A stretch of DNA of 64,000 nt from Gemmatimonadota bacterium (GTDB taxonomy: Bacteria > Gemmatimonadota > Gemmatimonadetes > Longimicrobiales > Gaopeijiaceae): contig JBDHHQ010000002.1 in assembly GCA_039589315.1 (NCBI GenBank), positions 32,001 through 96,000 of the forward strand, read 5' to 3'. Within the stretch, counting starts at the first letter, position 1, and every line of letters starts with the position of its first letter. The translations under genes and the position numbers were made by a program. Positions 29,064-39,699 of the stretch are shown here, one piece after another. The notes under the pieces are model-generated. The model was not told where the DNA came from, ran no database searches, and saw only the letters and a program-made list of their open reading frames with translations.

Positions 29064-30039
29064 GGTTCGCTTCAGTCCGGGTCAGAGTGATCGCGGCAAC
29101 CAGGGCCGCCGGAGCAACCTCGACGACGGTGCTCCACAACCGCGCGATGATGGACAGCGCACCCGCGCCCCCAGCACCGACCACCGGTAGGAGAAAGGCG
29201 ATGAGGAAGCCCTCCCTGACGCCGAGGCCCGCGGGTGCGAAAAACACCAGATAGCCGAGAAGGTAGGCGGCCGCGTACGCCGGCCCCAGGGTCACCAGCG
29301 AGCCGGGTTGGCCGAAGCTCCGCGCCAGCAGCCAGAAGGCTACGCCCTGGCCGACCCACACGATCAGGTAGAGGCCGATCCAGCGCAACGTGAAGAGGGC
29401 GCCGATCCGCACCTCTCCAGGCAGCCCGCGCCCGGCGGTCCGCCGCCAGAGCTCCTCGAGCCGCCGATGCACGGGCGGAACCATGCTGATGAGCACGCCC
29501 GCCAGGATCGCGGCCAGCGCGCCGTAGCCCAGGCGCCGCATCTCTTCACTGCCAGCCAACAGCGCACCCGTGCCCACGATGGCCGCGCCAGCGAGTGCGA
29601 ACACCTGGCAGAGGATCGCCGCACCGGCCGACATGGCCGACTGCACGCCCACCGTCCGTCCCAGGTAGGCCAGTCCCGCCAGCTGCCAGACCTTGCCCGG
29701 CACGTACCGGGCGAGGTTCGCCACGAAGAACACTCGAATGGATGCCCACGGCGACAGATGCGGTCCCCCGAGGTCGCCCACCATGGCCCCCCACAGCGAG
29801 GCGGCGAAGAGGAAGGTGGCCAGAAGCACGACGGACGCCAGTGCCAGGAGACCCCACCGGGGCTTCCAGGCCTCGGGATCCAGGTCCCGCAGGTCGGCAA
29901 AGCCCACCCCGAGGCGGTCCAGGATGAACCACGTGACGGCGACGGTGAGGGCCAGCTTCAGGAGCCCCAGCGCGCCCCGCCGGATCGTGGACCCGGTGGT
30001 CGCGCCCTCGGCTCGCTCGGTTTCGAGGGTTCCGCTCAT
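29056..30039 (-). CDS. Lysylphosphatidylglycerol-synthase TM / flippase-like membrane protein
   Basis: NLARYVPGKVW, PAGLGVREG, RLWST; multi-TM; start uncertain. Confidence 0.85.
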   Translation of the reverse strand: MSGTLETERAEGATTGSTIRRGALGLLKLALTVAVTWFILDRLGVGFADLRDLDPEAWKPRWGLLALASVVLLATFLFAASLWGAMVGDLGGPHLSPWASIRVFFVANLARYVPGKVWQLAGLAYLGRTVGVQSAMSAGAAILCQVFALAGAAIVGTGALLAGSEEMRRLGYGALAAILAGVLISMVPPVHRRLEELWRRTAGRGLPGEVRIGALFTLRWIGLYLIVWVGQGVAFWLLARSFGQPGSLVTLGPAYAAAYLLGYLVFFAPAGLGVREGFLIAFLLPVVGAGGAGALSIIARLWSTVVEVAPAALVAAITLTRTEANRE

Positions 30040-30372
30040 GGCCTGGCGGTTGGCGCTCGGCTCGGGCATGTCCCGAGCAGGCGCGGCACGGCCCGTCGGC
30101 GGCGCGAGAAACCGTCGACGTGCCGCTCCTTCTGCGTTGTCCGGGATACGAAAGGCGTCTGAACGCCCGGAAGCTATTGGATCCGACGCACGTGGCCAAT
30201 GGGACGGACGCGCCCGCCACCCCCGTCTCCCGCGCTCGCTGCGCATCGCGGAAGAGCCGAAAACTTGAGTGGACACGTATATTGGGCGCAACCGGGCATC
30301 GGGAGCTCCGCACCGCGGCGTGACCAGGCTCGGCGCTCGCTCGCCATGGATTCCTGACGGCTCCGGACCACC

Positions 30373-31641
30373 GTGAACGTCCTTTACATTGCGTCAGCCT
30401 ACAATCGGCACGACGGGGACGTCATCACGCCGTGGCTCGTCCGCTCCATCGAGGAGGTCCAGAGCCGAGGCGTCCGGGTGGACGTCCTGGCCCCATCCTA
30501 CCGGGGCTCCGCGAGCCACAGCGTCGGCGGTGTGCGGGTCCACCGCTTTCGCTACGCGCCCGGAAGGCTCGAAGACCTCACGCACGACCAGACCGCCCCG
30601 GACCGCATCCGCTCTCGGCCCTGGTACGCCGCGCTGGTGCCGGGGTACGTGGCGTCGGCGTCCCTGGCGGCAGCCCGCCTGGTCCACCGGGAGGGCTTCG
30701 ACCTCGTGCACGTGCACTGGCCGATCCCCCACGGCGTCATCGGACTCGCGGCTCGATGGGCCACGGGAGTCCCGGTCGTGAGCTCATTCCACGGAGTCGA
30801 GCTCACCTGGACCAAGAACGACCTGCGGGTGTTGACGCCGGTTCTCCGGTACCTGATCAAGTCTTCGGACGCGGTCACGGCCAACTCCACCTACACGCAG
30901 CGCCTGATCCGCGGGCTTCACGATCGGCCGGTCGAGCTGATCCCCTTCGGGACCACGGTACCGGTCCACGTGGATCCTTCGAGCCTCGGGAAGCCGGCCG
31001 ACGCCCCGTTCGAGCTGCTCTGTGTGGGCCGACTGGTGGAGCGAAAGGGGGTTCCCGTGCTGCTGGAGGCCCTCTCCCGATTCGACCCTCAGCGGCAGGT
31101 GAGCCTCCATGTCGTCGGAGACGGACCCCGCCGAGCCCAGTGGGAGGCTCAGGCCGCCGAGCTGGGCCTGTCGGATCGCGTCCACTTCCACGGCTTCGTC
31201 TCCGAGGAGCAGCTCGCCGTCCGGTATGCCTCGTGTGACGCCTTCGTCTTGCCGGCAGTCATCGATTCGAAGGGTGACACGGAAGGTCTCGGTGTGGTTC
31301 TCATCGAGGCCGCCAGCAACGGGAAGCCGCTCATCGGGTCCGCCATCGGCGGCATCGTGGACGTGGTGAGGGACGACGTCTCGGGGATCCGCGTGCCTCC
31401 CTCGGACCCGCCCGCCCTGGCGGCAGCCATCGTTTCCCTGATGGACGACCTGGAGCGCCGACGCGCCCTGGGCGAGGGCGCCCGCCGGCTGTGGGAGGCG
31501 GAGTTCTCGTGGGCCATCATCGCCGACCGTCTGATCGATCTTTACGAGTCTCTGGTCAACGGCGACAAGCCGGCTCCCGATGCCGTGGAGGACCCCACCG
31601 TCGTTGCCCGAGCGGGAACGAAGGCGACGATCGGCCCGTGA
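30373..31641 (+). CDS. Glycosyltransferase family 4
   Basis: VHVHW, VGRLVERKG, EGLGVVLIEA (EX7E). Confidence 0.92.
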   Translation: MNVLYIASAYNRHDGDVITPWLVRSIEEVQSRGVRVDVLAPSYRGSASHSVGGVRVHRFRYAPGRLEDLTHDQTAPDRIRSRPWYAALVPGYVASASLAAARLVHREGFDLVHVHWPIPHGVIGLAARWATGVPVVSSFHGVELTWTKNDLRVLTPVLRYLIKSSDAVTANSTYTQRLIRGLHDRPVELIPFGTTVPVHVDPSSLGKPADAPFELLCVGRLVERKGVPVLLEALSRFDPQRQVSLHVVGDGPRRAQWEAQAAELGLSDRVHFHGFVSEEQLAVRYASCDAFVLPAVIDSKGDTEGLGVVLIEAASNGKPLIGSAIGGIVDVVRDDVSGIRVPPSDPPALAAAIVSLMDDLERRRALGEGARRLWEAEFSWAIIADRLIDLYESLVNGDKPAPDAVEDPTVVARAGTKATIGP

Positions 31642-34055
31642 CGTCCGAGCCGGCGGACAGCGGTCCCGCAGGCGCCTCCGCCAAGGTGGGTGCCGGAATC
31701 TCCGCGATCTACCTGATGCTCTCGCTGCTGTTCTTCCTCCCGGCTCTGCTACCGGGCAAGCAGATCTTCGGCACCGACTACCTGTCCACCGCGTACTTCT
31801 GGGAGGAGTTCGCCTCGGCGCGGTTCGCGGCCGGCGAGATCCCGAGCTGGCTGCCCACGGTGTACGGCGGCGTCCCGTTCTTCGCGAACCCGATGGACGT
31901 CTACTACCCCGCCAGCGTCCTCTTCCGGCTCGTGGGCCTCCCGACCCACCTGCACCTGGCCCTGCTCTTCGTCGTGCAGTACTGGATCGCAGGGACAGGG
32001 ACGTACCTCCTTCTGAGGGAGCTCGGCGCCCGGACCGCACCGAGCGCCCTGGGTGGCCTGGCGTACATGTTCACCGGCTACCTGATCTCGTACGTCTACG
32101 CGGGTCACGACGGGAGGGCCATCGTCGCCACCTTGGCGCCGCTGTTCCTCTTCGCGCTCCACGGTGGCATGCGCACGGGTCTCCTTCGGTGGTTCGCCCT
32201 CGCCGGCGCCGTCCTCGGTTCCGCCTTCCTGTCCTTCCAGATACAGAGCTCCTACTACCTCATGCTGGCCGGTGGGCTCTGGTGCCTGTACCTCTTGTGG
32301 GCCCTGCGCGGCCATCGTCCGGCGCGTCAGCTGTTGCGCCGGCTCGCGGGCGGAGCGGCTACGCTCGTACTGGCCTTTGCCCTGGCTGCGGTGAACTTCG
32401 TGCCCTTCGCCGGCTACGTGGAGAGCTCGCCTCGCGCGGGCAGCGGCGGACGCGGGTACGACTACGCGGTCTCGTGGTCCATGCCGCCCGAGGAGATCGC
32501 GGGCCTGGCGGTGCCCGAGCGCAGTGGCACGCTGGAGTACTACCGGGGGGTCAATCCCTTCAAGCTCCACACCGAGTATGCCGGAGCACTGGTGCTCCTC
32601 CTATGCTTCATGGGCGGGTACGTGCTCAAGGGGGTCCGGGGTCCCTGGTTTTTCGTGGCGCTGGGCGCCTTTGCGCTCACGCTGGCGTTCGGCGGGTACA
32701 CACCGCTGTACCGCCTCTACTATGCGTTCCTTCCCGGCACGGCCAAGTTCCGGGCTCCCTCCATCGCGTTCTTCCTGGTGAGCCTTTCTCTCGTGGTGTT
32801 CGCCGCGTCGGCCCTGGACCGTCTGATGGAGCTCAGGGACCGCGTCCTTGCGGCTTCGCCGGAAGATCCCCCTTCCGAAGCGGATGAAGAGCTGGTTCGA
32901 TCCGCCGCCATCCTGGCCGTCATGGGAGCCGTGGGGGTCCTCGCCTGGGCCGGTTGGGCCACCTTTCGGGCAGCCACGTCCGGTCCCGGGCCATCCACGG
33001 CCGGAGCCGGCTACGCGCTGGGCATGTGGCGCTTCTCCCTGTTCGCGGTTCTGACGGCGGCCGTGCTGGTCCTCTGGCTCCGGGGTTGGGTCAGAACCCT
33101 CGTTGCCGTAGTCGTGCTCGCGCTGGTGACGCTCGCTGACCTCTGGTTGGTGGACAGGCAATTCTTCCACACGGTGCGCGAGCCCTCGGAGTACTTCGCG
33201 CCGGACGAGGTCGCCGGCTACCTGCGGCAGCAAGAGGGTCCCTTCCGGGTCTACGTCCTCTCCGACCTGCCGCAGAACAACTACTTCACGCTGTTCGGCA
33301 TCCAGCTCGTGGGCGGGGATCACGGCAATCAGCTCAGCGCCTACAACGAGTTTCTGGGAGAAGGCGAGACCAGCTACACCGACTTCGGCAACCTCGAGGA
33401 CCCGCGCTACCTGGCTCTGGTGAACGCCCGCTACCTGGTCACGACCCTCGACCTCGACCGCGACTACCTCGAACCCGTGTTCCGGGGACGGACCTCGGGT
33501 ACCCAGGCCACGGTGTACGAGAATCGGCGACTGCTGCCCCGAGCGTTCATGGTCCCCACGGCGACGTCGGTGCTGGGCTGGGCGGGCTTGCAGGCCCGTA
33601 TGCGGCAGGGCTCGTTCGCACCCGATCGCGAGGTGCTGCTGTACGGGGAATCCCGAGCCACGGAGCTCTCCGACCCGGGCGCCGCAGGTGACGCAGAGAT
33701 CCTCCAGTATGACCCCGCCAGGGTCGTGGTCCGTACCCGGTCCCCGAAGGGGGGCCACCTGGTGCTGACGGATAACTTCTACCCGGGGTGGCAGGCAGCC
33801 ATCGACGGTGAGGAAGCATCCATACAGCGGGCGTATCACACCTTCCGGGCCGTGGCCGTGCCGGCGGGCGACCACGAGGTGGTCTTCACGTTCGAACCGG
33901 CGCCGCTGCGTGCGGGGCTCGTGATTTCGTTCACGACCGCGCTTCTGCTCCTGTCGGGGGGCGTGGTCTGGCTGCTCGGCCGCCGCCTACGGCCGGCTCC
34001 GGCCGGCACGTTGGAGGCGACTCCGGACAGGTCCCGGCAGACGAGCGCGCCATGA
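31638..34055 (+). CDS. YfhO-like polytopic membrane glycosyltransferase (GT-C)
   Basis: IPSWLP..YGGVPF, AGHDG, FRAPS, LPRAF, LVLTDNFYPGWQA.IDG...RAV.VPAGDHEV; GTG start overlaps the GT4 stop. Confidence 0.85.
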   Translation: MTSEPADSGPAGASAKVGAGISAIYLMLSLLFFLPALLPGKQIFGTDYLSTAYFWEEFASARFAAGEIPSWLPTVYGGVPFFANPMDVYYPASVLFRLVGLPTHLHLALLFVVQYWIAGTGTYLLLRELGARTAPSALGGLAYMFTGYLISYVYAGHDGRAIVATLAPLFLFALHGGMRTGLLRWFALAGAVLGSAFLSFQIQSSYYLMLAGGLWCLYLLWALRGHRPARQLLRRLAGGAATLVLAFALAAVNFVPFAGYVESSPRAGSGGRGYDYAVSWSMPPEEIAGLAVPERSGTLEYYRGVNPFKLHTEYAGALVLLLCFMGGYVLKGVRGPWFFVALGAFALTLAFGGYTPLYRLYYAFLPGTAKFRAPSIAFFLVSLSLVVFAASALDRLMELRDRVLAASPEDPPSEADEELVRSAAILAVMGAVGVLAWAGWATFRAATSGPGPSTAGAGYALGMWRFSLFAVLTAAVLVLWLRGWVRTLVAVVVLALVTLADLWLVDRQFFHTVREPSEYFAPDEVAGYLRQQEGPFRVYVLSDLPQNNYFTLFGIQLVGGDHGNQLSAYNEFLGEGETSYTDFGNLEDPRYLALVNARYLVTTLDLDRDYLEPVFRGRTSGTQATVYENRRLLPRAFMVPTATSVLGWAGLQARMRQGSFAPDREVLLYGESRATELSDPGAAGDAEILQYDPARVVVRTRSPKGGHLVLTDNFYPGWQAAIDGEEASIQRAYHTFRAVAVPAGDHEVVFTFEPAPLRAGLVISFTTALLLLSGGVVWLLGRRLRPAPAGTLEATPDRSRQTSAP

Positions 34056-34714
34056 CCACGCTGGAGCGGAGTCGGGGATTCTACCGGGAGCGCTACCGGG
34101 CCGCGCCCGGGGCCATGCGGGACTACCGCCTCTACCTGCCGCTTCTCGGTGGGGTGACCCAGGGGCGCGTCCTCGACGTCGGGTGCGGCGAGGGCCACTT
34201 CCTCGAGGCCGCGGCGGAGGCCGGCCTGGAGCCCACGGGCGTCGAGATCGTGCCGGAGGCCCTCCTGCTCGCCCGCGCCAGCCAGCCGGATGCGGGTTGG
34301 GTGCTGGCCGCCGGCGAGGACCTCCCGTTCCCGGACGAGACCTTCGACGCCGTGACATGCCTCGGCACGCTCGAGCACTTCGTCGATCCGCCGGGAGGCG
34401 CCAGCGAGGTGGCCCGCGTGCTGAAGCCCAGCGGGCGGGCGCTGATCGTGGTGCCCAACCTGCGCTTCCTCTGGTGGACGCTCACGGGTAGCCCAGGGAC
34501 GGAACAGCAGGATGCGTCCGAGCTGCTCCTGGACCGCTCAGGCTGGACAGCCCTGCTGGAGAGGGCCGGCCTGGAGGTCCTCTCCGTGGAGGCGGAACCG
34601 TGGTACAGCAAGCCGGCACCGGCGTGGAAGGCGCTCGTGAGAAAGGCCATCTGGTCCCTGCTACCCCTCCGCTGGACGTATCAGCTCGCCTTCCTCTGCC
34701 GCCGATCGCGGTAG
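34052..34714 (+). CDS. Class I SAM-dependent methyltransferase
   Basis: VLDVGCGEG, LPFPDETFDAV, LEHF, RVLKPSG. Confidence 0.88.
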   Translation: MTTLERSRGFYRERYRAAPGAMRDYRLYLPLLGGVTQGRVLDVGCGEGHFLEAAAEAGLEPTGVEIVPEALLLARASQPDAGWVLAAGEDLPFPDETFDAVTCLGTLEHFVDPPGGASEVARVLKPSGRALIVVPNLRFLWWTLTGSPGTEQQDASELLLDRSGWTALLERAGLEVLSVEAEPWYSKPAPAWKALVRKAIWSLLPLRWTYQLAFLCRRSR

Positions 34715-37225
34715 CTCGCCGCCCGCATCCGGCACCCTGCCCCCGCCACGGCCCCTCCGGGCAGACACGACGATGAACGTGACCAGGACCGCGGTACACG
34801 CCAGGCTCAACAGCAGCGCCCGCACCAGGCTGCCCGTATCGTAGGCGATCTCCACGCGGTGGCGGCCGGGCTCCAACGGCACCGCCCGCAGCACGTAGTT
34901 CGCCCGTAGCAGTGCGGTAGGCTCGCCATCCACCCGGGCGCGCCACGACGGGAACCAGCTCTCCGAAAGCACCAGCAGCGCGGGCCGGGTCGTCTCCACG
35001 TCCAACTCCAGGCCGTTCGGCTCACGGCGCGTCCACCGTACCGCTCCCTCGGGAGGCTGCCCGTCCAGGGCGATGGGAGCGGGCTCCGCCAGGACCACCT
35101 GCCCGGTCGGGTCGAAGCCCGGCCCCGCGATGAAGCTCACGGCGTCCTCGTCGGGTACGATCACCGCTTCCGAGACCAGTCGGGCTCGCGGTAGACCCGG
35201 GAAGGCATAGACGGCCGAGTAGACCCGCCCGTCCGCGAGCGCGGCCTCGTTCACCCGGCGCAGCCCCTCAAGGTGCGGCACGCCCTGCACAGCCTCCAGG
35301 GGACCCAGCTGCGCCACCGGCCAGAGCAGGTAGCGCACGTTGAGAATGGGGAGGATGTTGGGCGATTCGAACAGACGCTGGGGAAGCCCGCTTCCAGCCA
35401 TCCCGATGAGCTCCCGGTACCGGCCGAGGTCGTTGGGATGATGTCCCCCGGCCAGCTCCAGGCCGAACATGGCCGGGTTCACGTCCTGGCCGTTCCCACC
35501 CATCATCGAGAAGACGCGGAACGGCTCCTCGGCATCGAGGCGCCCCTGGAGGTAGCGGATGTTGGGATCGGGTGCGGACCACGTGCGGAAGTCGAACGTC
35601 TCGATGAAGGGATCGTCCACTCGAACCACGTCCGCGAAGGCAAGGACGCCCACGATGCTTGCCAGGAGCGCGGCTCCGATCCGACGGTCCCGATACAGCC
35701 AGATCGCCCCACCGACCCCTCCAGCCAATGTCGTCGAGATGGCGAAGCCCCTCACGATGAAGGGGGTCGCCTGTTCGAGGGCGGTGGCCTTGGCCGGATC
35801 GATGCCGGCGTAGAGCACCGATACCCAAACGTCCAACAGGACGCCGGAGGCGGCGAGGCCGGTGAGCACGGCCAACCCTGCGACCCATCCCACCGACACG
35901 TTCCGGATGCGCGGCCAATCGGCATCCTGCCGGCTCCGGAGCGCCAGCACGCGGTCGAGGCCCAACGCCATCAGCGTGATGGCAGAGAACCCGAAGAGGA
36001 AGGCGGCGTTGGAGGGAGCCCTGAACAGCGAGATCCCCGGCACCAGCTCGTAAAGGATCCGCCACACAGGCGTGTGCCCACCCAACCCGAAGAGGATCGC
36101 CAACGTCCCCAGGAACAGCAGGAACCACCTCACCCCGCTCCTGGCGCCTCCTACGAAGGCCAGGCTGGCCAGAATCAGCACCACGAGTCCGGCGTACTCG
36201 TGATTGTGCTTGAAGACGTTGCGGCCCCAGTACGTGTTCTCCGCCCAGGCCGCGCCGCCGACGTTGCCGCCGACGAACTCCGGGACCACCAGCGCCGCCA
36301 CCTCCTCCGGGTGCAGGCCCCACGAGCTCGAGTACGCCAGAGACTCCTCGCGTGACGCCTGTGTGGTGGTTTGCGTGCGGCGAGAGTGCTCGGTCACGTA
36401 GTCCACGGCGGGAAGGAGCTGAACCGCCGAAACCCCTGCGCCGGCGACGGCGGATCCCAGGAACAGGCCGAAGGCCACCAGCGCTCTGGTAGTCCCCGCC
36501 GCTCTCCAGAGCTGGAAGCACCGGAACGCGTAGTAGAGCCCCAGCGCCCCGAAGAGGAAGTAGGCGGCCTGGAAGTGCGTCGAGATGATCACCACACCGA
36601 TGCCCAGGGCCAGGGCGGCGTAGCTGCCTACCCCGCCCCGGGTCAGGGTCCGCTCCGCCAACCAGAACAGGAGGGGAGTCAGCGCCGTGATGAAGATCTT
36701 TCCGTCGTGTCCCGGCCAGACCAGCGACACCAGGAACGGTGCCGAGAGGTACGCGATCCCGGCCACCGAGGCCGCCAGGGGTGTGACGCCCAACCGTCGG
36801 ACCCACCCGTACATGAAGAGGCCGCCCGCGAAGACGTGGAGCACCAGCTTCCAGCCGAGGGCGCGGTACGTGTCAAGGAACAGCAGGAGCAACGACGTCG
36901 GGTACAGGGAATCGCCGCCGGCCAGCGACTCGAGGAAGGGGGTGCCTCCGAGGATGAACGGGTTCCAGAGGGGGAACGTGCCGCTCCGCAGCATCTCGGC
37001 GTAGAAGGCGCGCGCCACGTAGCCGAGGCCCAGGGTGTCCGAGCCGAAGAGCATCTCCCCGGAGATCACGAACTTCCGGAAGAGGATCAGCGTGAGCAGA
37101 CCGTAAAGGGCTGGAGCCAACCAGCGCGGTAGCCTCCGTTCCGCCTCCGGCGGCGGCGATCCCACGGCCCGGGCGTCCGCGACTTCGGCCTCGTCGGCTT
37201 GGCGTCGCCGCTTCCCCGAGCTCAT
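34661..37225 (-). CDS. YfhO-like polytopic membrane glycosyltransferase (GT-C), second paralog
   Basis: PLWNPFILGGTPF, PGHDG, FRAPS, LPRARL, LVLSESWFPSWRARVDG...RAVPLEPGRHRV; ATG 37225 overlaps the GT4 stop. Confidence 0.85.
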   Translation of the reverse strand: MSSGKRRRQADEAEVADARAVGSPPPEAERRLPRWLAPALYGLLTLILFRKFVISGEMLFGSDTLGLGYVARAFYAEMLRSGTFPLWNPFILGGTPFLESLAGGDSLYPTSLLLLFLDTYRALGWKLVLHVFAGGLFMYGWVRRLGVTPLAASVAGIAYLSAPFLVSLVWPGHDGKIFITALTPLLFWLAERTLTRGGVGSYAALALGIGVVIISTHFQAAYFLFGALGLYYAFRCFQLWRAAGTTRALVAFGLFLGSAVAGAGVSAVQLLPAVDYVTEHSRRTQTTTQASREESLAYSSSWGLHPEEVAALVVPEFVGGNVGGAAWAENTYWGRNVFKHNHEYAGLVVLILASLAFVGGARSGVRWFLLFLGTLAILFGLGGHTPVWRILYELVPGISLFRAPSNAAFLFGFSAITLMALGLDRVLALRSRQDADWPRIRNVSVGWVAGLAVLTGLAASGVLLDVWVSVLYAGIDPAKATALEQATPFIVRGFAISTTLAGGVGGAIWLYRDRRIGAALLASIVGVLAFADVVRVDDPFIETFDFRTWSAPDPNIRYLQGRLDAEEPFRVFSMMGGNGQDVNPAMFGLELAGGHHPNDLGRYRELIGMAGSGLPQRLFESPNILPILNVRYLLWPVAQLGPLEAVQGVPHLEGLRRVNEAALADGRVYSAVYAFPGLPRARLVSEAVIVPDEDAVSFIAGPGFDPTGQVVLAEPAPIALDGQPPEGAVRWTRREPNGLELDVETTRPALLVLSESWFPSWRARVDGEPTALLRANYVLRAVPLEPGRHRVEIAYDTGSLVRALLLSLACTAVLVTFIVVSARRGRGGGRVPDAGGELPRSAAEEGELIRPAEG

Positions 37226-38337
37226 GCGCCGGACCCCCGCGCAGCCACCACCATCTCGTAGACCTCCAGGTGGCGGGTGCCCAGCCGGTCGATGCTCCAG
37301 TGCTCCTGGACCCGCGCGCGCCCATGGGCGCCCAGGTCGTCCAGGTCCGACCGCCGGAGTAGCTCCACCGCCACCCTTGCCAGGTCCTCGGGATCGCCCG
37401 GCTCGCAGAGTCCGCCCACCTGGTCGTCCACGATCTCGGGCAGCCCCCCGACACGGGTCGCCAGCACCGGTCGCTCGCACGCCATGGCCTCCAGCGCCGC
37501 CACCGAGGTCGCCTCCATGAGGGACGGGAACACGGCCAGGTCCGCTGAGCCCAGCAGTCCGGGGAGCTCGCTGTTGGGCCGAGCACCGAGAAAGTGGACC
37601 CGGTCGGCGACACCGAGCTCCCCGGCCAGGGCCTCCAAGCGGGGGCGCTCCGGCCCGTCGCCCACGACGAACGCCTCGGCGTCCACGGATTTGGCGATGA
37701 TGGGAACGGCGCGCACGAGGTACTCCACGCCGTTCTTCTCGTACAGGCGCCTGGGCGCCACGAGACGCCGACGGGACGACGGAGGTAACGACCCGTCGCG
37801 CTTGCGAAAGTCGGCGGTGTCGACGCCGTTCGTGAACGGCTCCACGTGGACCCCCGGGGCGAGATCCTCGGCAACCCGGGCGATCTCGACGCTGGCGGCC
37901 ATGGCGTGGTCGGGCCAACGCACAGTACGGGCCAGGATCGGTCTCCAGCGCGGCCGCTGGGCCCGGCGCAGGAAGTGGGACGTATGGAAGCTCGCCACGA
38001 GGGGCGTGCCGTGCCGCCATCGCGCCACCACGCCGGGGGGCACCGACGCGAACGCCTGCGCGTGCACCACGTCGGCATCTGCGGCCAGCGCCACCAGGCG
38101 TGGGGTCGAAGCCAGGGAGTGGGCCACCCAGCCGGGCGGGTTGCGCGACGGGAACCACGTCCGCCACACGCGCACGCCCTCCATGTCCTCGTGGGCCGGG
38201 ACGCCGGGAAGGGAGCGCGACGTGACGACGTCGACGCGGTGGCCCTGCCGGACGAACCAGCGGGCCAACTGGTAGATGTGGCTCTCGAGCCCCCCCACCT
38301 CAGGGGGGAAATAGATGCAGTGCATCAGGATGTTCAT
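37222..38337 (-). CDS. Glycosyltransferase family 4
   Basis: YFPPEVGG, RRLYEKNG, EATSVAALEAMAC, VGGLPEIV. Confidence 0.92.
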   Translation of the reverse strand: MNILMHCIYFPPEVGGLESHIYQLARWFVRQGHRVDVVTSRSLPGVPAHEDMEGVRVWRTWFPSRNPPGWVAHSLASTPRLVALAADADVVHAQAFASVPPGVVARWRHGTPLVASFHTSHFLRRAQRPRWRPILARTVRWPDHAMAASVEIARVAEDLAPGVHVEPFTNGVDTADFRKRDGSLPPSSRRRLVAPRRLYEKNGVEYLVRAVPIIAKSVDAEAFVVGDGPERPRLEALAGELGVADRVHFLGARPNSELPGLLGSADLAVFPSLMEATSVAALEAMACERPVLATRVGGLPEIVDDQVGGLCEPGDPEDLARVAVELLRRSDLDDLGAHGRARVQEHWSIDRLGTRHLEVYEMVVAARGSGA

Positions 38338-39632
38338 GATGCAGAGACGTCCGCGGCGGTGACGGCCCTGGAGGCCCCCGTCCAGTCTTCGAGGGACCTG
38401 TCACGCCCGGCGAGAGACGCTGAGAGGATATCCGCGATGCGGGCCGAGGCCTGCCCGTCGCCATAGGGGCTCCCGACACGGCTCATCGTCGCCCGGGCGC
38501 CGTCATCGGTCAGCAGTCGCACAGCCTCGCGGACGATGACGGCTCGGTCGGTACCCACCAGGCGCGCGACCCCCGCCCGGACCCCCTCCCCTCGCTCCGT
38601 CACCTCGCGCAGCACGAGCACGGGCGTGCCGAAGGTCGGTGCCTCCTCCTGGATCCCGCCCGAATCGGTCAAGATCAGCTGAGCCGACTTCAGCGCCCAC
38701 ACCAGGTCCAGGTATCCCAGCGGATCGGTCAGGTGGATGCGCGCGCGCCCCCCGAGGATCTCGGCAGCGGGAGCTCGAACGTTGGGATTCGGGTGCACGG
38801 GATAGAGCACCTCGACGTCGTCCACGGACTCGGTCACCTCCACCACGGCTCGGAAGACGTCTCGCAGCGGCTCGCCGAACGACTCCCGTCGGTGGGCGGT
38901 GAGCAGCACAAGGGGGGCGCCCCTGTCCAGGATGTCCCTCAGGTGTGGATCCGACGGCTCCGGTAGTCGCTGCGCCACGTCCAGGAGGGCGTCCACGACC
39001 GTGTTGCCCGTCACGAAGATGCTGGAGTCGGGCACTCCCTCACGCCGGAGGTTGTCCGCCGCCGGACCCGTGGGCGCGAAGTGGAAGTCGGCGATCACGT
39101 CGGTGAGCTTGCGCAGGACTTCCTCCGGGAACGGGGAGCGCTTGCGGCCGCTCCGCAACCCCGCCTCCACGTGGCCGACGCCGACGTCTTCGAAGAAGCC
39201 AACCAGCGAAGCGTAGAACACCGTCGCCGTATCGCCCTGCACCAGCAGCACGTCGGGTCGGAAGTCCCGCACGACCTCCCTCAGGCCGTCGAGACAGCCG
39301 TGGGCCACGTCATACAGGCTCTGACCTTCCCGCATGATGTCGAGATCGTAGTCAGGGCGCAGATCGAACACCTCGAGCACCTGGTCCACCAGCGTCGTGT
39401 GCTGCCCCGTGAGCGCGAGCCGGGTCTCGATATCGTCCAGGTCCCGCAGCGCGGCGAAGACCGGCGCCATCTTGATGGCTTCGGGGCGCGTCCCGATGAC
39501 GAGCAGCACCCGATGATGACGGCCTGCCAGGTCCTCGCTCAAGAAGCTCTCCGGTCCATTCGAGGTCTCGCGCCGTCCCCCCCATGCGGACGAGGCGCCA
39601 AGATGGTAATCGACCCTGGCGCCCGAGTCCAT
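38334..39632 (-). CDS. wecB: UDP-N-acetylglucosamine 2-epimerase (non-hydrolysing)
   Basis: GTRPEAIKMAP, TGQH, QGDT, HVEAGLRS, TAHRRES, DSGGIQEE; real start may be near 39543. Confidence 0.95.
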   Translation of the reverse strand: MDSGARVDYHLGASSAWGGRRETSNGPESFLSEDLAGRHHRVLLVIGTRPEAIKMAPVFAALRDLDDIETRLALTGQHTTLVDQVLEVFDLRPDYDLDIMREGQSLYDVAHGCLDGLREVVRDFRPDVLLVQGDTATVFYASLVGFFEDVGVGHVEAGLRSGRKRSPFPEEVLRKLTDVIADFHFAPTGPAADNLRREGVPDSSIFVTGNTVVDALLDVAQRLPEPSDPHLRDILDRGAPLVLLTAHRRESFGEPLRDVFRAVVEVTESVDDVEVLYPVHPNPNVRAPAAEILGGRARIHLTDPLGYLDLVWALKSAQLILTDSGGIQEEAPTFGTPVLVLREVTERGEGVRAGVARLVGTDRAVIVREAVRLLTDDGARATMSRVGSPYGDGQASARIADILSASLAGRDRSLEDWTGASRAVTAADVSAS

Positions 39633-39699
39633 GCATCCGCCCGATCGCAGACCCTTCCTAGAACTCCTTAATCTCTATTCTACAGAGTTATGGATATGT

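Noticed and set aside
34661..38167. 1168-aa YfhO and 1115-aa DPP-IV (49515-52862) as giant fusions
   Set aside because: The N-terminal extensions overlap other real genes; better starts exist at 37225 and 51749.
39654..39663. CTTCCTAGAA matching the left arm of B. subtilis dif
   Set aside because: No XerD arm at the correct spacing; probably chance.
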